DNA of 57,681 nt from Candidatus Woesearchaeota archaeon (GTDB lineage: Archaea > Nanobdellota > Nanobdellia > UBA10117 > ARS21): the NCBI GenBank assembly GCA_964615505.1, contig CAZTOR010000001.1:1-57681 (forward strand). Direction: 5' to 3'. Position 1 is the stretch's first letter; every line of letters begins with the position of its first letter. The notes under the pieces were generated by a model. It ran no database searches and had not been told where the DNA came from. It saw nothing but the letters and a program-made list of their open reading frames with translations. Below, piece after piece: positions 27,491 to 34,643 of this stretch. Position numbers and translations under genes: made by a program.

Positions 27491-28320
27491 AAGTTGTTAT
27501 CTGGAATAGCCGAGGTAGAATTGTCGGAGATACGATTCGAGAAACATCGATATTAAAATCGATTGAAGGTAAGATAGATATTATAGGTAGCTCAATAATA
27601 AAAGATTGTTATTCAGGTAATCCTTATGTTAATAAATTAATTGTAGATAAAAGATTAGACATTCTGACAAAGAATGTTTCAATTTTCAGAAAGATTGAAG
27701 CGTATACCTGCAGCGTTTTATATTCATTAAACAAAATAAAAAGGTATGATTTATGCATTATTACTCAAAAAAATAAGTTTTTATTTTCAGTATTGTCTAG
27801 AGTAGTAGGAACTCCTTTTTTACTTAAAGACGATATTAAACCCAATTTAGATATTGCAAAATTTTATTTTAGTAGATCTGAATTGGATAAATTAGATAAA
27901 TTTATCAAGAAAAATAAAAAGAAAAAAATTGGTATAAATATTGAATCTAGATCTAAAAAAAGAGCTTGGCCTATTGAAAAATATATTAAATTGATTCAAG
28001 TTTTAATTGATTCTAACTTTGAAGTATATCTTATGGGTTATGATACAAAGTATAATTCAAAGATCGTATCTAAATTTGGAAATAAAATTAATAATTTGGT
28101 AAAAAATAAATTATCAATACGGGAATCTGCAGCAATATTATCTAAATTAAATTGGTATATTGGAAATGATTCAGGATTTGCACATGTTGCAGTCGCTAGT
28201 GGTACAAATAGTTTAGTAATATTTTTGGATAGTAATGCTAAGATATTGAATCGAAATGACGTTATTGTTAAAAAACTTAGAAATCCATCAATAAATAAGG
28301 TGATTAAATTAATAAAATGA
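27487..28320 (+). CDS. second GT9-like glycosyltransferase (heptosyltransferase-like, short form)
   Basis: C-terminal GNDSGFAHVAVASGTNSLVIF matches the GT9 motif. The ATG at 27487 forms an ATGA overlap with the upstream stop, so the longer start at 27466 in the track is unlikely. Confidence 0.6.
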   Translation: MKVVIWNSRGRIVGDTIRETSILKSIEGKIDIIGSSIIKDCYSGNPYVNKLIVDKRLDILTKNVSIFRKIEAYTCSVLYSLNKIKRYDLCIITQKNKFLFSVLSRVVGTPFLLKDDIKPNLDIAKFYFSRSELDKLDKFIKKNKKKKIGINIESRSKKRAWPIEKYIKLIQVLIDSNFEVYLMGYDTKYNSKIVSKFGNKINNLVKNKLSIRESAAILSKLNWYIGNDSGFAHVAVASGTNSLVIFLDSNAKILNRNDVIVKKLRNPSINKVIKLIK

Positions 28321-29816
28321 GTTTGAAGAAAAGGCTGATAACAGGTGGACTTTGGATAAGTGGAGCTACAGTAATTGCTGCAGCACTTGCATTTGCATAT
28401 AGATTATTATTAATTCAAAATTTGACAGTTTATGAATATGGTCTATTTTATTCAATTGTTACTTTCTTTCTGATTGCAACTACCTTTATCGATATGGGTA
28501 TCTCTCCAGCTTTTCAGAAATTTGGGTCTGAATTTTTAGCCAAAGGTAAAAGTGGGAAGTTTAATTCGCTGATAGAATATTTGTTAAAATATAAAATTAG
28601 AAATGGTTTATTATTTCTGATTTTAGTGGTTATTTCGTCTAAATTTTTAGCAACATATTATTTTAGAGATATTACTGCTTTTTCATTATTTATTGCATTA
28701 GGGCTAGTTTATTTCTTTATAGATATATTCTTTAATTTCATTAACACGCTTTTACAAACATTTCAAGACCAAAAATTATATTCTTTATATGAAGTAATTA
28801 AGATCGCTTCTCAAGTTTTGTTGCTTTATCTATTTATTTTGATGGGATTCGGAATATGGAGTCCGGTATTTGCAATGTTTTTGGGAAATGCATTACCTAG
28901 TTTAGTATTCTACTTTTTAGTTAGAACTAAACATCTAGTAAAACTTGGTTCTAAACTTGACCGATTATCTTCAGATTATGTTCGAATTAAAAAATTTGCA
29001 ATATTAAATGTGTTATTTATTTTCGGAGTTTATGTATTGAATTATACGGATACGCTAATGCTTACCGGTCTTAGAACCATAGAGGAAGTCGGATTGTATA
29101 ATGTTGCGGTACCTACGGCCAAACTAATACTTTTCTTTTCAGGAGCATTTACATTAATATTAATTCCTTTGACTTCAGCACTTTATTCTGAGAAAAAATT
29201 TGATGTTTTGAATAAACTGATAAATATATTGTATAAATTAAATATTGTATTCTTATTACCGATCGCAATGATACTGATTATCTATCCTGATATTGTAATT
29301 AGAGTTCTATTCTCTGAAAAGTATTTACCGGCAGCAAAGGCGTTGTCAATTCTAAGTGTTTCCGCTGTATTGTCTGTATTCTTTTTAATCAATTCACATA
29401 TTCTTAATGGTTTAGAAAAAGCTAAAGCAAACTTTAGAATAACTTCAATTGGAGCCATATTCAATATATTTTTGAATTTGATTTTAATTCCGATTTACGG
29501 TTTAGTTGGTGCAGCAATATCGACTTTAGGCGGATACTCGTTGATGAGTATTTTGAGTTTTGGTGCCCTTTCTAATAAATTTAATGACTTTAAATTGGAT
29601 TTCAAAGGAATTATGATGCCAAGCATAGCTGGTTTGATATTTCTAATTTCATTGAGTTTTATGAAATCGAATATATCTTTCCAAAATATTTGGATTGAGA
29701 CTATAGCGGTTGTTGGAGTGTCCGGAGTGATCTATATTGTATCTTTATTCGCACTGAAAGTTGTTTCGATAAAGCAAATAACTGAACTTATAAATTTATA
29801 TAAATTAAGGAATTAA
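28317..29816 (+). CDS. wzx: Wzx-type oligosaccharide flippase (MOP/polysaccharide biosynthesis protein family)
   Basis: 499 aa with about 12-14 TM helices and the typical MOP flippase organisation. ATGA overlap with the upstream gene. Confidence 0.8.
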   Translation: MSLKKRLITGGLWISGATVIAAALAFAYRLLLIQNLTVYEYGLFYSIVTFFLIATTFIDMGISPAFQKFGSEFLAKGKSGKFNSLIEYLLKYKIRNGLLFLILVVISSKFLATYYFRDITAFSLFIALGLVYFFIDIFFNFINTLLQTFQDQKLYSLYEVIKIASQVLLLYLFILMGFGIWSPVFAMFLGNALPSLVFYFLVRTKHLVKLGSKLDRLSSDYVRIKKFAILNVLFIFGVYVLNYTDTLMLTGLRTIEEVGLYNVAVPTAKLILFFSGAFTLILIPLTSALYSEKKFDVLNKLINILYKLNIVFLLPIAMILIIYPDIVIRVLFSEKYLPAAKALSILSVSAVLSVFFLINSHILNGLEKAKANFRITSIGAIFNIFLNLILIPIYGLVGAAISTLGGYSLMSILSFGALSNKFNDFKLDFKGIMMPSIAGLIFLISLSFMKSNISFQNIWIETIAVVGVSGVIYIVSLFALKVVSIKQITELINLYKLRN

Positions 29817-29817
29817 A

Positions 29818-30804
29818 ATGAAAACGTTCTTTGTTCAAAATGTTCCAAAATCGCACCGATCGCATCTGGTTTTTGCTAAAAGTGTTGATGCTGAACTTTT
29901 AGTTGTATCTCCGAAATTATTGCCGATTATATTAATACCAATTATTTCTTTTTTTAGATTACCTTATCTTTATTTCAAATATCCTTCGGGAAATTTTATT
30001 TGTGAAGGGATGGCGGGACTTTATTTTTCAAGTATATTGAAATTAGTACGGCCTAACATAAATATAATTTATCATGATGCTGACCTACTCTTCCTCAGAG
30101 ATTATTCTAAAATTAGCGGTATTAAAAAGAGATATTTAGATTTTTTCTTAGATAAAATAGATTCATGTATATCTGATTCCAAATTATCAGCCATTGCATT
30201 TAAAAAACACCTAAAAATTGATTTAGAAATTGTTTATCCTTCTGTGGAGATAAATAAATTTGAATTTAAACCTAATCTTAATTCTAAACAAATAATTCAT
30301 GTTGGTAGAATTGCACCTGAAAAGAATTTGGAAAGATTAGTTAGAGCATTTGCCAAAATTAATAAGAAAATTCCTGAAAGTAAGTTAGTTTTTGTGGGCT
30401 CAGGAGACAGCTACAACTTAAGACGTCTTGCTTCAAAATTGGGTGTTGAAATTGAAGTTAAAGGTTTTGTTGAAGATCTAGATAGTGAATTAAATAATAG
30501 TTTAATCGGCTACAATGTTTCGAGCTTTGAGCCATTTGGATGTAATGGACTAGAATATGCTTTGAGCGGATTAATTCCAATAATTGGTGGAAAGAATGGT
30601 AATGCTGAAGTTTTGAAAGAAAATATGATTATATGTAATGAGCGCGATGTAAATGATATTTCAAATAAGATTATTGAGTTGATGGAGTTAAGTAAGTTTA
30701 AAAAATTGAAGTTGATTAATTCGCTTAAAAATAAATCTATAAAAATTAATGATGAAGCACAATCAGCAAAGTTTAAGAAGGCGTTTGGTAAATTAAAAAA
30801 ATGA
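29818..30804 (+). CDS. GT4-like glycosyltransferase
   Basis: C-terminal GT-B half with IIHVGRIAPEKN and FEPFGCNGLEYALSGLIPI (E-x7-E-like). Confidence 0.7.
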   Translation: MKTFFVQNVPKSHRSHLVFAKSVDAELLVVSPKLLPIILIPIISFFRLPYLYFKYPSGNFICEGMAGLYFSSILKLVRPNINIIYHDADLLFLRDYSKISGIKKRYLDFFLDKIDSCISDSKLSAIAFKKHLKIDLEIVYPSVEINKFEFKPNLNSKQIIHVGRIAPEKNLERLVRAFAKINKKIPESKLVFVGSGDSYNLRRLASKLGVEIEVKGFVEDLDSELNNSLIGYNVSSFEPFGCNGLEYALSGLIPIIGGKNGNAEVLKENMIICNERDVNDISNKIIELMELSKFKKLKLINSLKNKSIKINDEAQSAKFKKAFGKLKK

Positions 30805-31991
30805 AAAATAAAACTTTGATTTTCTTTTTGGATGCAGTTCGTCCAGATTATATTGGTCGAAATACACCGTTTATGAATTCATTGAAAAAGAGTGGATCAT
30901 TCTTGAAGTTGGATACTTTGCTAGGTTACTCTTCAGGAATATGGCCAAGCATATGGACTTCAACATACCAAGATCAACATAATAAGTTTTTAGTTTATCA
31001 ATACGATCCTGCGGGTTCCAAATTTAAATGGTTTAGTTGGTTTAAATTTATGCCTGCTAAATTGAGACAATATTTTTTTGCAGGTTTGAAAGTCCCATAT
31101 TATTTTATGCCTAAGATCAGGAAATATTTGCCAAAAATATATCATGAAAGATTGTTAGATTTGCCTCCTACCATTAATCCGACTCTAGCAAAATACTTCT
31201 CAGTAGATAAATCTAGCTATAGCGGATATAATTTGATGAAAGATATTGAAAAAAAGTATAGTATAGATTATACGGGCGATCATATCAATCTACCTACTTT
31301 CAAAAAGGCTGCGCCTGTTGAAGAATGGAAATTAAGCAATAACGATATTGATTTCTTCTTCACATACGATACGGACGGATTCGGTCACACATATGGTCCA
31401 AAATCTAAAGAGATTAAAGACTTGATGAATCGAATAGATAAATCCATTAAGCGACTTTATCGAGAAGCAGATAAAAAATATGATGATGTTAATTTATTTA
31501 TATTTTCAGACCACGGTATGTGTGAGGTAAATAAATTTTTAGATGTTCAACAAGAGTTGATTAAATTGCCTTACAAGATGCCCGAAGATTATTTGGCATT
31601 TTTTGATGCGTCTATGGTTCGATTCTGGGTTAAGGACAAAAAGGTGAGAAAGGAAATAATAAAACTGATAAAATCTGTTCCCGAATTAACTTATTTGAGT
31701 GAAAGTTTGAGAGATAAATATGGTTTGAACTTCAAAGATAGAAGATTTGGTGATTTGATGTGTATTGTTGAGCCAGAGACACGAATTTTTCCCGATTATT
31801 TTGCACCAGTTAAATCTGCAATAAAAGGATTGCACGGATACGATCCTAATTTTGAGCATTCAAAGGGAGTATGGTTAAGTAATCATAAATCTAAACGGAA
31901 AAAAATGCATATAATAGATATAATACCGTCTATTGCAGATAAATTGAAAGTTAAACTTAGTAAAAAAGTTCAAGGTAAAACAATATACTAA
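30801..31991 (+). CDS. alkaline-phosphatase-superfamily enzyme (type I phosphodiesterase / nucleotide pyrophosphatase family)
   Basis: Metal-ligand and nucleophile region FFLDAVRPDY ... GYSSGIWPS, plus DTDGFGHTYGP, FSDHGM and GLHGYDP. No TM helices. Confidence 0.7.
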   Translation: MKNKTLIFFLDAVRPDYIGRNTPFMNSLKKSGSFLKLDTLLGYSSGIWPSIWTSTYQDQHNKFLVYQYDPAGSKFKWFSWFKFMPAKLRQYFFAGLKVPYYFMPKIRKYLPKIYHERLLDLPPTINPTLAKYFSVDKSSYSGYNLMKDIEKKYSIDYTGDHINLPTFKKAAPVEEWKLSNNDIDFFFTYDTDGFGHTYGPKSKEIKDLMNRIDKSIKRLYREADKKYDDVNLFIFSDHGMCEVNKFLDVQQELIKLPYKMPEDYLAFFDASMVRFWVKDKKVRKEIIKLIKSVPELTYLSESLRDKYGLNFKDRRFGDLMCIVEPETRIFPDYFAPVKSAIKGLHGYDPNFEHSKGVWLSNHKSKRKKMHIIDIIPSIADKLKVKLSKKVQGKTIY

Positions 31992-32971
31992 TCTTTTCGC
32001 CAAAACCGAGGAGCAGTTTTCCAAGATAAACATATTTCTGAACGTAATTTGGAATATTTTCTTGGATTTGATAAATATTGTTGAGTAAGTAAAATTTCGC
32101 GAACATAGGGGTTTCTGAATGAAAATTTTAATTTATTATTGAATCGGAGATTATTGAAAGTATAGAAAATGATGTTTCCTAGGTTGATGAATAAATTTGG
32201 TTTGATTTTTTTTAATTCATTAATTGCGTCAATATAATTTCTATCGAAATAAATCTCCATTATTTGTTTCCAAGCTAATCTCAAGAAATGGTTTCCGTTG
32301 GAAATTAATTTGGATTTATTTTCTCCAAACGATTTATCCTTATATCTAAAATTGTATGCTTTATTGTGTTCAGAAATAAATCCAGGTATTTTTTTGGCCA
32401 GATTATTGGATATTACTCTATTTGATCGCTTATGATTATCTGCGATATATTCTCCACTGATTAACAATAGTGCTTCACCTATTCCTAGAATTAATTTAGA
32501 ATATTCGTAATCTATATTCCGATTAGAGTGTGCATTTAGAAAAGGTCCCCCTCTGTATGTTAAAATTTGCATTGATTCCCATTTAGGAATTTGGGATATT
32601 TTAGCCTTTTTTCTTAATTTTCCATATAATACTTTTCCAGATGAACTAAATTCAAAGTACATTAAATCTGGTTTTTTGTAAATTTTTGGTGAGAAAATTA
32701 ATAGCTCCACATCTACGGGTAAATTATTAAATAATTTTACGAATTTGTTTCTAATCCAAATAGATTTTAAGGGCGATAATTTTGAAGTTATGCAATAAAA
32801 ATCGATATCTGATCCCTTGTGTGTTGCTTGGCCTCGGGCAGCAGGCCCAGTTATTCCAAAAACCTCAATAAATTTACTTAGATCGGGACTGTTTTTTATA
32901 TCTTTAATAAAGGTATTAGTTCGAGCTAATATTTCCTTCTCCAATTCAGGTCTCTTTTTGTAGAAAAACAT
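31988..32971 (-). CDS. Pol-beta-superfamily nucleotidyltransferase-fold protein with an uncharacterised helical C-terminal domain
   Basis: GITGPAARGQATHKGSDIDFY matches the minimal NTase motif (G[SG]-x9-12-DxD). The track start at 33016 is a TTG, and the first ATG (MFFYKK) is at 32971. It overlaps the convergent 30801-31991 gene by 4 nt. Confidence 0.55.
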   Translation of the reverse strand: MFFYKKRPELEKEILARTNTFIKDIKNSPDLSKFIEVFGITGPAARGQATHKGSDIDFYCITSKLSPLKSIWIRNKFVKLFNNLPVDVELLIFSPKIYKKPDLMYFEFSSSGKVLYGKLRKKAKISQIPKWESMQILTYRGGPFLNAHSNRNIDYEYSKLILGIGEALLLISGEYIADNHKRSNRVISNNLAKKIPGFISEHNKAYNFRYKDKSFGENKSKLISNGNHFLRLAWKQIMEIYFDRNYIDAINELKKIKPNLFINLGNIIFYTFNNLRFNNKLKFSFRNPYVREILLTQQYLSNPRKYSKLRSEICLSWKTAPRFWRKD

Positions 32972-33026
32972 ATTAATTTCTACTATATTTATTTTAAAAA
33001 ACTTAGTAATCAACAAAAAAGCTTAG

Positions 33027-33281
33027 TTACACTATGTCTTCTTCACTAACTATTACAAAATCTCCGGTCGAAATAACTGCTGAAAAAGGTATTAGATGTT
33101 TACTTGATTTGTCTTTCTCTAAATCTAAACCCATGCAATATGCGGTAGGATTCTTTACTGCTAAATAAATTAATTCGCCAGTTCTAGATTCAAAAACCAA
33201 ATCACCGAGCAGTCCAAATTTTTTGCCAGATTTTGATACAACAGTCTTACCTAAAAGGTCGCCAGATTTTGATTTAGTCAT
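33027..33281 (-). CDS. stand-alone PRC-barrel domain protein (84 aa)
   Basis: Shows the PRC-barrel pattern LLGKTVVSKSGKKFGLLGDLVFESRTGELIYLAV ... LIPFSAVISTGDFVIV. Confidence 0.7.
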   Translation of the reverse strand: MTKSKSGDLLGKTVVSKSGKKFGLLGDLVFESRTGELIYLAVKNPTAYCMGLDLEKDKSSKHLIPFSAVISTGDFVIVSEEDIV

Positions 33282-33329
33282 ACGATTTTTAATAAAATTT
33301 GAATTAAATACTTTTCTATACTCTGCGTG

Positions 33330-33791
33330 TCATTCATAACCGAAACTTAGCGACTCACGTTTTTGTTTTTCAACGTAATCGATACCTAATTTAGACAAAA
33401 AATAACGTTTTGGTCTTCCTGGAATTGTAGATATATAGTTTAAATGTTCTAATTCCGCAAGTTTATTTCTAATTGTTCGCTCAGATTTCTGAATATTGTA
33501 TGCAGTTTTTAGTTGTATTGCAGTTACAGCGTAATTTGGTGTTGTTGCTTGCCCTTCGGATAACAGAACGAGTAATTGAAAATCGCTTACTGCAAAATTT
33601 GATGCTAAAGGTTTGGAAATTGGTGTTTTTTGTTTGGAATTTCCATTAATTTCCAGCATCTTCTCTAATAAAAACTGATACTTATTACTTAAGTTAGATA
33701 GATCATTACGAGTTATGCTTAAATCGGACTTAAGTTTCTCGATTTCAGACTTATGAGAATTTAAAATTTTGCGATAATCTATGGAAGACAT
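33330..33791 (-). CDS. coiled-coil and winged-helix (TrmB/MarR-like) putative DNA-binding protein
   Basis: The N-terminal 50 aa or so are coiled-coil-like. The C-terminus has a wHTH pattern (SERTIRNKLAELEHLNYISTIPGRPKRYFLS). ORB-like repeats lie in its upstream region. Confidence 0.55.
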   Translation of the reverse strand: MSSIDYRKILNSHKSEIEKLKSDLSITRNDLSNLSNKYQFLLEKMLEINGNSKQKTPISKPLASNFAVSDFQLLVLLSEGQATTPNYAVTAIQLKTAYNIQKSERTIRNKLAELEHLNYISTIPGRPKRYFLSKLGIDYVEKQKRESLSFGYE

Positions 33792-33840
33792 GAGTTTAAT
33801 ATGTTAAGGTCTAATAAAAGAATTCGTTTTTTCCACCAAA

Positions 33841-33874
33841 TTCCACTATTGACCCCTTTATTTCCGATGGAATT
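33841..33874. repeat. ORB-like 34-bp direct repeat, copy A
   Basis: Sequence ttccactattgacccctttatttccgatggaatt. The reverse complement reads TTCCATCGGAAATAAAGGGG, which is a mini-ORB dyad (TTCCA-n3-GGAAA) followed by a G-string. It matches the elements at 38472-38495 and 38590-38623. Confidence 0.7.
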
Positions 33875-33914
33875 CCTTTAAGTGGGCACATTATCTTATT
33901 TTTTTACCAATAAT

Positions 33915-33948
33915 TTCCAATATTGACCCCTTTATTTCCGATGGAATT
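33915..33948. repeat. ORB-like 34-bp direct repeat, copy B
   Basis: Sequence ttccaatattgacccctttatttccgatggaatt, 33/34 identical to copy A, in the same orientation and 74 bp away. It abuts the stop codon of the Cas4-like gene. Confidence 0.7.
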
Positions 33949-33950
33949 AC

Positions 33951-34643
33951 TTAAATTTCCTTGTCTCTACCGAAACAAATATCTTTGAAATCGCAATAAT
34001 TGCAGATATATGATTCTTCTCTGCTCGGAGGAGTTAGTGTTTTTAAGGACTGTGCTAGTACTGAACCTCTGGCCTCTAAATAATTTAGAGTATTTATTTT
34101 AGGAACTTCGTATGTTTTTATTTTATTTAAGGAAAAATAAACGATACATAATTTTTTAATTTTAGACTGATTTTCAGGTTTCATCATAGAATAATAGGAT
34201 TGTATTTGCATAATGTGTTCTATTTTAGGTTTTTCAGGGATACGTTCAGTCGTTTTGAACTCATACATCACATCATCAGACAATACATCCACGTAACCAA
34301 TTGCATCGAATAATCCGAAATCCTGCGACAAAAATATTTCGTTTTCGTGTTCTTCGAGGTGTTCTTGAAAAAAATTGTGGATTGCATGTCCTCTAGAAAA
34401 AATCCATAATTTATCTAATGAAATAGGTACTTCTTCGATAAGATCATAATATGAGCGTCTTAAACAAGGTCCGGTTAATCTGGTGACTCCGAATCGTGGT
34501 TTCTTATTTGAGTCTCTTTTCTTTCTTTTATCGCGCCCAGCAACAAGTGCTCGGATAACTACGGGTGGGAAGTGCTCATACTCTGCCTCATAAATATCTT
34601 TTACACTTCTTTCTTCACCGTCTGGGCAAATTATTTTAACCAT
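33951..34643 (-). CDS. Cas4-family / RecB-like PD-(D/E)XK nuclease with a 4-Cys (Fe-S) signature, stand-alone
   Basis: One N-terminal Cys (TGPCLRRSYY), SRGHAIH, the D...ExK triad (YVDVLSDDVMYEFK), Q-x3-Y (MQIQSYY) and C-terminal C-x2-C-x5-C (CNYCDFKDIC). Its start overlaps the DP2 stop by 8 nt. Confidence 0.75.
   Translation of the reverse strand: MVKIICPDGEERSVKDIYEAEYEHFPPVVIRALVAGRDKRKKRDSNKKPRFGVTRLTGPCLRRSYYDLIEEVPISLDKLWIFSRGHAIHNFFQEHLEEHENEIFLSQDFGLFDAIGYVDVLSDDVMYEFKTTERIPEKPKIEHIMQIQSYYSMMKPENQSKIKKLCIVYFSLNKIKTYEVPKINTLNYLEARGSVLAQSLKTLTPPSREESYICNYCDFKDICFGRDKEI

Noticed and set aside
22662-28320. The heptose and GT9 genes could signal bacterial contamination or a chimeric contig.
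   Set aside because: They share overlapping start/stop codons and the same strand with aglB and other archaeal genes. They have the same AT-rich, Lys-rich style as their neighbours, and unambiguous archaeal markers flank them on both sides.
31988-33791. The NTase, PRC-barrel and wHTH trio could be a toxin-antitoxin (MNT/HEPN-like) or nucleotide-signalling defence module.
   Set aside because: The NTase protein is far larger than MNT antitoxins. I could not find a convincing HEPN R-x4-6-H motif, and no effector-like gene (nuclease, TIR, SIR2 or pore-forming protein) accompanies it. I kept it only as a low-interest open question.
33841-33948. The two 34-bp direct repeats with a 40-bp spacer could be a mini CRISPR array.
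   Set aside because: There are only two copies and no further repeats. The repeat matches the ORB-type elements at the origin (dyad TTCCA-n3-GGAAA plus a G-string). No cas1 or cas2 lies nearby, and the adjacent Cas4-like gene is coupled to PolD instead.
33951-34643. The Cas4-like gene could be evidence of a CRISPR-Cas system or a degraded remnant.
   Set aside because: No other cas genes, leader or array occur anywhere in the 57.7 kb. The gene overlaps the DP2 stop codon, which indicates a stand-alone replication-linked nuclease.
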